From: an uncultured virus (IMG/VR IMGVR_UViG_2061766007_000502)
Taxonomy: Duplodnaviria; Heunggongvirae; Uroviricota; Caudoviricetes
Strand: one strand, 5' to 3'
IMG/VR virus record: IMGVR_UViG_2061766007_000502
Length of the DNA: 64,000 nucleotides
The notes under the pieces were generated by a model. The model saw only the letters and a list, made by a program, of their open reading frames with translations, made no database searches and had not been told where the DNA came from. The position numbers were made by a program, and so were the translations under genes. This document shows, piece by piece, positions 20,963-29,523 of the stretch; the stretch's first letter is position 1, and every line of letters starts with the position of its first letter.

Positions 20963-21613
20963 GTGAAAAATATGAGAACATTAACAAGAATAAGATATAC
21001 ATTTACGTTCAACATGCCAAATGAAGAACGTATGAAGATATCAGAAAGAATTTCCAAAATCATATTGAGGAAATCTGATTTATTCTGTAAAAGACAACAG
21101 AGAATAATAGAGCAATACAAGACAAAACTACGCCGTTCAAAAGATCTCGTGCTTGTCAATGAGGTGAGTACCGACGGGTATGGTCAATGGTATATGGTTT
21201 GTATAATCTCATTTGATGACAGCAGCAACATGTCTGTGACGACAATATGTTTTCAGAAATTCATGACTATTCAGGCAAAAAACCAAATCGACAACGGTAT
21301 GGGTTTTTACGGAATTATCTGTAATGACCGTTCCAGACTTTACAATGAGTTCTCTCCGCATTTTGTCAGGAAAATCAATTCTGGTAACTATGCTGATGAA
21401 ACAGATACAATATCAATAGTTAAGAAACTTGCTGATTTCTTAAAGAACAGTCATATAGAATATGATAGACTACGTACACCAGAGATGACAATGAAATTCA
21501 TCGAGACATATGAAACTGGCAAGGGATATGGTTATAAAGAACATTCAGGCTGTCATTTCTATACAACATTCATTCTCAATGAAGAAATAGAGAAGACATC
21601 TGCCGTTGTTTAA
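20963..21613 (+). CDS. Hypothetical protein behind a host-type promoter
   Basis: 216-aa ORF with no TAG; TATTTTTG -7 box at 20937-20944; terminator-like hairpin at ~21643-21683. Confidence 0.65.
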   Translation: MKNMRTLTRIRYTFTFNMPNEERMKISERISKIILRKSDLFCKRQQRIIEQYKTKLRRSKDLVLVNEVSTDGYGQWYMVCIISFDDSSNMSVTTICFQKFMTIQAKNQIDNGMGFYGIICNDRSRLYNEFSPHFVRKINSGNYADETDTISIVKKLADFLKNSHIEYDRLRTPEMTMKFIETYETGKGYGYKEHSGCHFYTTFILNEEIEKTSAVV

Positions 21614-22016
21614 TTAATTGTAATTTTCCATTATATATGTTTACTCCGAGATTGCAGATTAAAAACTGCATCCCGGAGTTTTTCATTCATCAAAGTCTTC
21701 AAAATCAACGTCTCCTACTTCTTTGGCACCGTTTCCCGGNNNNNNNNNNNNNNNNNNNNNNNNNNNNNNNNNNNNNNNNNNNNNNNNNNNNNNNNNNGAT
21801 TGACTGAACTTTGTGTGCTCTGAATAATGGTTTAATATAAGTTTTCATATCATTTATTTGTTAATTTTTTTGATTTTAATCAAGATTACAATACACTCTA
21901 TAATACAAACAGCATGGTATATATCATCAAATAGACATATCCATGCAGTTATCTTTTAGTATTTATCTTCAAAATAAAATAAATACATTAAAAAAGAAGA
22001 AAACCACATTTAGTTT

Positions 22017-22283
22017 ATGAAAGTAGAATTGAAGCCGATTATAGATTAGCTATCTGAAGTAATCGAATTACCGGATGATTATAAAGTATCTGCTGTTTTT
22101 GATGATAACGGCAATAAACTTGTTGCATGGACTATTGTAAAAGTAGAAGAAGACGGAACGCTCAATCCGTGTTCTGGTACATATCCGACAATCAAGGAAC
22201 TTCTTGCCGAAAAACATTTCAAATTTATTCAGAAGAAAACAGAAACATATGATTTCGATGAATATATAATGAACAATCAATAA
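22017..22283 (+). CDS. Hypothetical protein (one in-frame TAG)
   Basis: MKVELKPIIDQLSEVIELPDD...; 88 aa to TAA; absent from the code-11 track. Confidence 0.6.
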
Positions 22284-22326
22284 CAAAATGTATTATTCAT
22301 TGTATAATTTATAAAGGCAATTTATT

Positions 22327-23382
22327 ATGATAACACATCATTATATACATACTGGCAACTCAATGGATATGGATCATATTCAGAGCAACTCTGTTTAGTT
22401 GGTTGTGACATCTCCGCCCTATCCTATGGTTCAGATGTGGGATGACATTTTTGCATCTCAAAATCCACTGATAGCAGATTTCCTGAGTGATGGAGAATCA
22501 GCAATCATATTCCAGATGATGCATCAGATGCTCGATGATGTGTGGAGAGAATGTTTTCGCGTTCTACAACCGGGCGGGTTTCTGTGCATCAACATAGGGG
22601 ATGCAACAAGAACAGTGAACGGAAAGTTCTCATTATTCACTAACCACACCAGAATCACGGCTGCCTGTATAAAGATGGGGTTCACATGTCTTCCTGAGAT
22701 ATTATGGAGAAAGCAGACAAATGCACCGAACAAGTTTATGGGAAGCGGTATGCTTCCTTGCGGCGCATACATCACTCTTGAACACGAACACATACTTATA
22801 TTCAGAAAGGGAGATAAGCGTGAATACAAAACCGATGACGAAAAACTGATTAGAGCAAAGAGTGCATACTTTTGGGAAAAAAGAAATATCTGGTTTTCCG
22901 ACCTTTGGGATGTCAAGGGGACAAAGTAGGATATAAGCACAGACACAAGAGACAGGAATGCAGCATATCCAGTTGAGATACCATATCGACTGATTCAGAT
23001 GTTCTCTCAGAAAGAGGATACAATATTAGACCCATTCTTGGGGACAGGCAGTACAACAGTTGCCGCTGTGATGACGGGCAGAAATTCCCACGGATATGAC
23101 ATTGATTCGGAATTCTGCAAACTCGCACATAACAGAGTTATGGAACTCGACTGTGATATTTGCAGACAAGTAGTCAATAAGCATCTGAACGACCACATCA
23201 ATTTCATCGAAGAAAGGGAAAAGTCGGGAAAAAAAGTAAAATACTATAACAAGAATCTTGATTGCAAGGTTATGACTAAACAGGAAACTGAGATTGAGTT
23301 AGATTATCCTGTATCAATAAAAACAATCAATGATGTAATAGAAGTTGAGCTTCATTTGTTAAAAAATACTAATTTATTCTGA
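22327..23382 (+). CDS. Beta-class N4-cytosine/N6-adenine DNA methyltransferase
   Basis: VTSPPY catalytic motif, then [12 protein letters not shown] motif; the two track ORFs join in frame via TAGs at 22396 and 22927. Confidence 0.88.
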
Positions 23383-23397
23383 TAAATTCAGAAAAAT

Positions 23398-23428
23398 TTT
23401 GCTATTTCAAAAGTAAATTGTAATTTTG
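23398..23428 (+). promoter_or_regulatory. Bacteroidota promoter for the leader/tRNA operon
   Basis: TTTG-N19-TAATTTTG. Confidence 0.75.
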
Positions 23429-23470
23429 CAGAAAAGTTTTAAGATAAATAAATCAAATATAGAATAAAAT

Positions 23471-23566
23471 ATGAGAATGTTCACACAACATCAGCATCAA
23501 CATCAGCATGTGGGCCAGCAGTTCACAGGCACAAGTTGTTGTGTAACATTCTTACAAGCGATATAA
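23471..23566 (+). CDS. Gln/His/Thr-rich leader peptide MRMFTQHQHQHQHVGQQFTGTSCCVTFLQAI
   Basis: 31-codon ORF after an A-rich initiation region; ACA CAA CAT CAG CAT CAA CAT CAG CAT run. Confidence 0.75.
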   Translation: MRMFTQHQHQHQHVGQQFTGTSCCVTFLQAI

Positions 23567-23670
23567 GCCTAAAAACTCATAATGAAGTTTTAATTGGTTT
23601 AAAGTTTAATTGTTTAATTAACTCGGCTGCAAGGATGTTCACAAAAAACGTGAAATCCTTGCAGTTTTTT
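23474..23670 (+). promoter_or_regulatory. Transcription attenuator (1:2, 2:3 antiterminator, 3:4 terminator)
   Basis: Segment 1 (23474-23490) pairs with segment 2 (23535-23559); segment 2 is also complementary to segment 3 (23626-23649); the 3:4 stem ends in TTTTTT 4 nt before the first tRNA. Confidence 0.75.
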
Positions 23671-23674
23671 ATTT

Positions 23675-23746
23675 TGGAGATTGGTATAATGGTTATTACA
23701 TCAGATTTTGGTCCTGATAATAGCAGTTCGAATCTGCTATCTCCAA
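23675..23746 (+). tRNA. tRNA-Gln(UUG)
   Basis: Cloverleaf; anticodon loop TT-TTG-GT; T-loop TTCGAAT. Confidence 0.9.
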
Positions 23747-23753
23747 CTAAAAT

Positions 23754-23828
23754 GGTGGTTGTAGTTCAGTTGGTTAGAATACCAGATTGTGGCTCTGGTG
23801 GTCATGGGTTCGAATCCCATCAATCACC
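23754..23828 (+). tRNA. tRNA-His(GUG)
   Basis: Cloverleaf with G-1 and C73; CCAGA-TTGTGGC-TCTGG. Confidence 0.93.
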
Positions 23829-23836
23829 CTAAAAAT

Positions 23837-23908
23837 GCTTCAGTAGCACAGTGGTAGTGCAGCTCACTTGTAATGAGCAGGTCGTTGGTTCGAATCCTAC
23901 CTGAAGCT
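23837..23908 (+). tRNA. tRNA-Thr(UGU)
   Basis: Cloverleaf; GCTCA-CTTGTAA-TGAGC. Confidence 0.93.
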
Positions 23909-23915
23909 CATATAT

Positions 23916-23986
23916 TGGAGCATCGGATAATGGCAGTCCGTGAGATTCTGGTCCTCATAGTTTGGGTTCGATTCCCAATGCTCCTA
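23916..23986 (+). tRNA. tRNA-Gln(CUG)
   Basis: Cloverleaf; loop TT-CTG-GT; 1:72 mismatch. Confidence 0.85.
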
Positions 23987-23994
23987 CAATATTC

Positions 23995-24066
23995 TGGAGA
24001 TTCGTATAGCGGTTATTACATATGACTCTGGATCATAGAAGGGCGGTTCGAATCCGTCATCTCCAA
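23995..24066 (+). tRNA. tRNA-Gln(CUG)
   Basis: Cloverleaf; TATGA-CTCTGGA-TCATA. Confidence 0.9.
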
Positions 24067-24074
24067 CATATTAC

Positions 24075-24266
24075 AAATCTCACTGAAACTATATAGCACA
24101 ATGCTAATACAGTTTCAGTGAGATTCTTGATTATACAGAGATAGCACTGGACATATCACACAGTTCCTATCATAGCAGACGAAAGATAGAGTTAAAGAAG
24201 ATAGTATATTACTCCGTTTGATAGTGCTTTATTGTAACTGCCCAGTGCTATGACGCAATGAAATTA
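24075..24266 (-). ncRNA. Candidate rod-shaped small RNA convergent on the tRNA operon
   Basis: Reverse promoter at 24273-24303 (TTTG-N19-TATTTTTG); 12-bp closing stem 24142-24153/24239-24250 with inner helices; no ORF. Confidence 0.5.
24077..24125. terminator. Long hairpin closing the tRNA operon (possibly bidirectional)
   Basis: aatctcactgaaact / agtttcagtgagatt. Confidence 0.65.
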
Positions 24267-24481
24267 CATTTGCAAAAATACAAAATATTCATGAACTATC
24301 AAAACAAAATCATTCTTATTTTTTAGTTTTAACAATTTTTATACATTAAACCAAAAAGTTAGTTTGAAGAAATCAAATATAATTGTGTCTTTGATTTTGT
24401 AATATCCAACTGATGAACAATGCTTCAGCCACCCGATGCCGAAAAATCTATTATTATAATACCAAATATACTCTTTCATAA

Positions 24482-24811
24482 TTAACTCAGTAATTGTTGT
24501 ACTTTTTCTTGTTTGGGATCATTCCCACGAATGACTGAGTCAGCAAATTCGAGACCTTCAAGTTCAGCAAGAATCAGTTTAGCAGACGTATATACACCGA
24601 ATGTCCGCTGTATTTCACTGCATAATTCTTCAAGCAGATCATTACTATATATATTATATTGCTCGACTTCTCTATTCTCATAGCGCTCAATCAGACATCT
24701 GATAATAGTGTCCTTTTCATTACCTATATAAAGTAAATCAAATTTTATAGATTTGATACCAACGGCATCAATTATGTTATTGCCGATTTTGATATATTTC
24801 TTTTCCATCAA
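24482..24811 (-). CDS. Hypothetical protein
   Basis: 109-aa ORF. Confidence 0.55.
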   Translation of the reverse strand: MMEKKYIKIGNNIIDAVGIKSIKFDLLYIGNEKDTIIRCLIERYENREVEQYNIYSNDLLEELCSEIQRTFGVYTSAKLILAELEGLEFADSVIRGNDPKQEKVQQLLS

Positions 24812-24967
24812 TTAATACTATTGAGATTTTCTTCCATTTCTGTTATGATGTACCTGGTTGCATCAACCTTTCCTTCATAGTATTTCTTCTCAGGTAAGTT
24901 GTTGTACTCAATAACAAGTTCACGATATGCCTTTTCTGTTTTCTTCAGAAAGTCAATAAATTCTTGC

Positions 24968-25318
24968 TTATTCATCTTTGCTCCTCCATGAAAATTTTAC
25001 ATTTACCGTATTGTTTATACGTTCTACATCTCGGTGCAACCAATTCCAATTGAACTCAGTATCAATATCCAATGAACGATAATACTGCCTTATATATTTT
25101 TCAAACTTAACTGGTTCAAAATCGACAAATAGTTTGACAGTCGTCTCAGTATAACCAATTTCAGCAGCTTTGAACAAATGATTACAAATCTCATCAAACA
25201 TTGAAGTATGCTTTTCTACAAAATTCTTATAATCTTGATTACGAAATTTCTGCACAAGAGACCTGAGAATATCTCCATTAATTTCATCTGGTTTAGTTGT
25301 TTCAGACATAAAAATCAA
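24968..25318 (-). CDS. Hypothetical protein
   Basis: 116-aa ORF (ATG at 25309 likely). Confidence 0.55.
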   Translation of the reverse strand: MIFMSETTKPDEINGDILRSLVQKFRNQDYKNFVEKHTSMFDEICNHLFKAAEIGYTETTVKLFVDFEPVKFEKYIRQYYRSLDIDTEFNWNWLHRDVERINNTVNVKFSWRSKDE

Positions 25319-25412
25319 ATAATACTCTTATAGATTATACTCAATAAGTTCATTTTAGTTTAGTTATAATTGATGAAATCAAGTTAATTATAAATAAAAA
25401 TTGTGATTTTGC

Positions 25413-25576
25413 TTTGTTATTTCAGATGTAATGTTTATCTTTGCATTGATATATTTCTTAGTTATGTGAAAATGTTGATAATGTTTTGAGGTTCAATAGT
25501 CAACTTGTGAAAGTCATGAACTATTTTTCCATAAGCTTTTGGTCCGAGTCGCTTGAGATGAGCGGTTCGGATTTTT
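25413..25576 (+). ncRNA. Promoter + sRNA unit A
   Basis: TTTG-N19-TATCTTTG; actt-GTGA-aagt hairpin; terminator tccgagtcgctt-gagat-gagcggttcgga + T run. Confidence 0.65.
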
Positions 25577-25655
25577 ATTATCATAATCCAACATTAAGTG
25601 TAATTTTCACAAAAATTAAAAGTTCTTAAAAAATTTAAGATTTTTGAATTTTTAT

Positions 25656-25882
25656 TTTGAAAGTAAAAAATATTATTGTATCTTTGCATTATGAAAATTA
25701 TACTCTAAAATGTTTTAGTAAGATTATATCAGCTTTTTGTTCAAATAATTTCATTGAAAGTGGTGTTAATAGTTCAACATGAACAACTTGTGATAAGTTT
25801 TTTTGAACTATTGTTTCTCCATAAAATGTTAAACATTAAGGTTTGCACATCCGGGTTGCTTGAGAAAGTCACTCGGATTTTT
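25656..25882 (+). ncRNA. Promoter + sRNA unit B
   Basis: TTTG-N19-TATCTTTG; aatagttca...tgaactatt hairpin; terminator tccgggttgctt-GAGA-aagtcactcgga + T run. Confidence 0.65.
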
Positions 25883-25961
25883 ATGTTAATGAATATCAAA
25901 CAGCCAATGTTATCAGAAGCTTTAAAAATAATTAATATGTTTAAGATTTTCTTATATTTCT

Positions 25962-26139
25962 TTTGTTGTTTGAAAGAAATAATATATCTTTGCACTAAGT
26001 TCATATATCATGCTAATAATTGTATTTTTCAATTAATGTTATGATTGCTTGTGAAAGTAGAAATAACATATACATTTTTTGACATATTAATTTAATTTAT
26101 CAGATAAACCGGTCAGCTTGTGATAAGCCAGCCGGTTTT
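25962..26139 (+). ncRNA. Promoter + sRNA unit C
   Basis: TTTG-N19-TATCTTTG; gctt-GTGA-aagt; terminator accggtcagctt-gtgat-aagccagccggt + T run. Confidence 0.65.
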
Positions 26140-26181
26140 ATTTAAAAAAACTTAAAACATTTGATATTTTCATGAATATAT

Positions 26182-26321
26182 TTTGTATAATCAAGAATAA
26201 TGACTATATTTGCATCGCAATAATTTACGACCTCTTATAAGTTTTTTTCATCTAAATCGTCATATATAAGAAAACAACATGTAATTATTCCGGATTGCTT
26301 GAGAAAGTCATCCGGTTTTTT
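26182..26321 (+). ncRNA. Promoter + sRNA unit D
   Basis: TTTG-N19-TATATTTG; terminator ccggattgctt-GAGA-aagtcatccgg + T run. Confidence 0.65.
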
Positions 26322-26379
26322 ATTTGTAAATACTATTTCTTAAAAATCATTAACAACTATAAGAATATTGCTGTATTAT

Positions 26380-26572
26380 TTTGCAGTTTCGAGTTTTGTT
26401 ATTATTTTTGCATTTAATTAAAGAAGATGATTCTTCGTTCAATATCTAAACAAGAAAATTCTATCATCAAAATTTGCTAAGTTCTATATTGTCGGGTAAT
26501 CAAAACCCGTTGTGCAACATTATTTTAAGTGTTTAATTGTGACCGGATTGCTTGAGAAAGTAATCCGGTTTT
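26380..26572 (+). ncRNA. Promoter + sRNA unit E
   Basis: TTTG-N19-TATTTTTG; terminator accggattgctt-GAGA-aagtaatccggt + T run. Confidence 0.65.
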
Positions 26573-26689
26573 ATTGTATTGGAATTATCCTATACAACTA
26601 TAGGGTTTTTCCCCTTCAGATATATGGAATTTCTGTCCGAAAAATACTGTCATTCGCGTCTAAATATTAAAACAATTAATTTAATAATT

Positions 26690-27154
26690 ATGAAACACAA
26701 AATAACAACTATCATCATTCTCTTAGCAACTATGTTGCTTACTTCATGTGCATCTTATGCACAAGTTTCTGTCAGTGCTGCAATTGACACCGGATTCGGA
26801 CTGATAACCTATCAGAACACATACATGAATTATCCGGTAGTCTATATGCAGGGTGTGCCATACTGCAGATATTACTATGATAATACTTGGCAGTACAGAA
26901 TCATCCCGGTTGAACACAGACATCACATAGTTCATCTTGACAGACCAATGGAGTTCAGGAGAATACCGGTTGCCCGTCATCCACATCATTTGCCACGCCC
27001 ACATCATATGCATGCAGTACCTCCACCACCAGTACATCACGGGCGTCCTGCACATATGCACGGTCATTCATCAACCAGACATTTTGCAGACAAGCATCAT
27101 CACGGCAGTAATGCCCCAAAACACGGCGGCAAGGGTCATGACAGACGCAGATGA
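26690..27154 (+). CDS. Predicted lipoprotein with His/Pro-rich C-terminal tail
   Basis: Signal peptide MKHKITTIIILLATMLLTSC (lipobox); tail RHPHHLPRPHHMHAVPPPPVHH. Confidence 0.7.
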   Translation: MKHKITTIIILLATMLLTSCASYAQVSVSAAIDTGFGLITYQNTYMNYPVVYMQGVPYCRYYYDNTWQYRIIPVEHRHHIVHLDRPMEFRRIPVARHPHHLPRPHHMHAVPPPPVHHGRPAHMHGHSSTRHFADKHHHGSNAPKHGGKGHDRRR

Positions 27155-27229
27155 TTTATCGGAAGTATGGTAAACCAGAAAGCACCAGAGATATTGTTTC
27201 TCCGGTGCTTTTCTTTTATCTGGTTATTG

Positions 27230-27739
27230 TCAGAATTTGATGAAATCATATGTTATTGCTACTCCGACACCCCAACCAAATCTCTTGTTATTGATGTCAT
27301 ATCCGGCTCCGACATAAGGTCCTATACCAAATCTTCTGTTATCACGTTTTATCAAAGTCTCAGTGACTGTCATTTTTCTGAAGTAAATGCGGATGCTGTC
27401 AAGGTTCACATCAAAACCGCTTACCCAAGCCTTATAAACCGAATCCCTTCCATACATCTTCTGCTCAAACGGAACATCAACATATTCTTTCTTCGGTGTG
27501 GTATCATTGTTCGCTATGAGTTCTTCAATCACCACGACAGTGTCATACTTTATTTTAGTTAATGTTTTTGTAATGGTTTGTAGTACAGGAACAGTGTCAT
27601 GAATTGAGTCTATCTTCTCAATACAAACAACAGATTTCTTTACTATTTCATGATTCTTGTGGAGAAACAGAAAGTAAGCATTCAATCCTAACGAGAGGGT
27701 AAGAAATGCTACAAATGCAATTTTAAGTGTGTTTTTCAT
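27230..27739 (-). CDS. Membrane-anchored protein typical of Bacteroidota phages (possible spanin-like)
   Basis: N-terminal TM helix, YKAWVSGFDVNLDSI, C-terminal beta-hairpin ending YDFIKF. Confidence 0.55.
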   Translation of the reverse strand: MKNTLKIAFVAFLTLSLGLNAYFLFLHKNHEIVKKSVVCIEKIDSIHDTVPVLQTITKTLTKIKYDTVVVIEELIANNDTTPKKEYVDVPFEQKMYGRDSVYKAWVSGFDVNLDSIRIYFRKMTVTETLIKRDNRRFGIGPYVGAGYDINNKRFGWGVGVAITYDFIKF

Positions 27740-28575
27740 AATGCAAATCTCCCATATTATGCTTTTTGTTAGACTCTCTACTCTATTTATCATATGGACA
27801 ATTATTACTGAATAGTGATTTATTATGAACAAAAATGATATATAGAAATATAGAANNNNNNNNNNNNNNNNNNNNNNNNNNNNNNNNNNNNNNNNNNNNN
27901 NNNNNNNNNNNNNNNNNNNNNNNNNNNNNNNNNNNNNNNNNNNNNNNNNNNNNNNNNNNNNNNNNNNNNNNNNNNNNNNNNNNNNNNNNNNNNNNNNNNN
28001 GTATAATAAATAGATAGGATATTAAGATTATCAGGTTTAAATTGATTTTCTTAAAAGGAAAAATTCGATTTAGTTCTATAGAGGGAAAGATTGAGAAAGA
28101 GAAATGTCAAAGNNNNNNNNNNNNNNNNNNNNNNNNNNNNNNNNNNNNNNNNNNNNNNNNNNNNNNNNNNNNNNNNNNNNNNNNNNNNNNNNNNNNNNNN
28201 NNNNNNNNNNNNNNNNNNNNNNNNNNNNNNNNNNNNNNNNNNNNNNNNNNNNNNNNNNNNNNNNNNNNNNNNNNNNNNNNNNNNNNNNNNNNNNNNNNNN
28301 NNNNNNNNNNNNNNNNNNNNNNNNNNNNNNNNNNNNNNNNNNNNNNNNNNNNNNNNNNNNNNNNNNNNNNNNNNNNNNNNNNNNNNNNNNNNNNNNNNNN
28401 NNNNNNNNNNNNNNNNNNNNNNNNNNNNNNNNNNNNNNNNNNNNNNNNNNNNNNNNNNNNNNNNNNNNNNNNNNNATCAGGAATTTTTGTTAAACTTGCA
28501 CTCAGAAACCCATTTCATGTACTTTTGCATAGAACAAAGTGTGTTGTGGGTAATTATTTTTCAAATCATATAATT

Positions 28576-28950
28576 ATGATTATAGGAATAACAACTTTTA
28601 ATGGTGTAAACGGCATCACTAATGAGCAGAGAGAGAAAATCAAGTCATTTCTGCAAGGTGCTGTCTATTGCTGGTGCAAGTACCACAAAGATGAGTGGTT
28701 TGCCGTACGTGACTTTCTTGGCGGTGATAACGGCTATTGGGAAGGTACTCCTTTAATGGATTTGTATCTGTATTATCTTGACGGAAGAGAAGATAATCAG
28801 GAGTATGCTTTCATTGAAGCAGGTAAAGCTGCCGGAAGATTGCTTAAAGAAGTTCTCTGTAAAGACAAGAGAGTCTTTGAGACACAAAAGTACTTTGCCC
28901 GTGAATATCGCTGGACTGGTACTGAAAATGAAGTAAGAGAAGCAATTTGA
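28576..28950 (+). CDS. Hypothetical protein
   Basis: 124-aa ORF FLQGAVYCWCK...WFAVRDFLGG; no TAG. Confidence 0.65.
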   Translation: MIIGITTFNGVNGITNEQREKIKSFLQGAVYCWCKYHKDEWFAVRDFLGGDNGYWEGTPLMDLYLYYLDGREDNQEYAFIEAGKAAGRLLKEVLCKDKRVFETQKYFAREYRWTGTENEVREAI

Positions 28951-29113
28951 TTGTTCTCCGGTTAGCCAATAATGACTGTTATTTGAGCATACAAGTGTTC
29001 TTATGACGGCAATACGGCATTCTGACTGATTGTTGGAGTGCCGTATTTTTATAAACTTTTTGAAAATACGAGAGTATAATTTTTAGGTAATCGTATATTA
29101 AATTTTTGTGATA

Positions 29114-29416
29114 ATGGAGAAGAATACAAGAGACGATATAAAGTATGGTGTTTACAGAATCATTGCGGATATAATGAAACTGCCGGACAACTGGTACACG
29201 TTTAAGTCTAATGATTCCGAAGACGTGATGCTGTTCCGTGAATTGAATGCTGATTCGCTCGATGCTCTTCACATAGTTATGGAAATTGAATATGAACTGC
29301 CGATTGTATTGAAGGATTCTCTATTTACGTCTGATGTTACCTTGGGACAAATAATTGATNNNNNNNNNNNNNNNACAAATAGTGAATTGACATCACATCA
29401 GTTAAGTTAGTAGTGA
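29114..29416 (+). CDS. Acyl carrier protein-like
   Basis: ELNADSLDALHIVMEIEYEL...TLGQII matches the ACP phosphopantetheine site; 3' end interrupted by Ns. Confidence 0.7.
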
Positions 29417-29452
29417 ATGATATTGTTTAGTAAGAACAATGTTTATAACTGC

Positions 29453-29492
29453 AATGAAGGCTGAGTGTCATTTCTACTCAGCCTTCATTTTT
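29453..29492. terminator. Terminator between convergent genes
   Basis: aatgaaggctgagt / actcagccttcatt + T run. Confidence 0.75.
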
Positions 29493-29523
29493 GTGTTATT
29501 GAGATTGGAATTTATAAGGATTT

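Noticed and set aside
23536..23832. 98-aa ORF in the track
   Set aside because: Overlaps the attenuator and two tRNA genes.
23675..24066. Amber suppressor tRNA
   Set aside because: Anticodons read TTG, GTG, TGT, CTG, CTG; none is CTA.
25754..26044. ORFs on both strands within the sRNA array
   Set aside because: They cross promoters and terminators and have low-complexity AT-driven composition.
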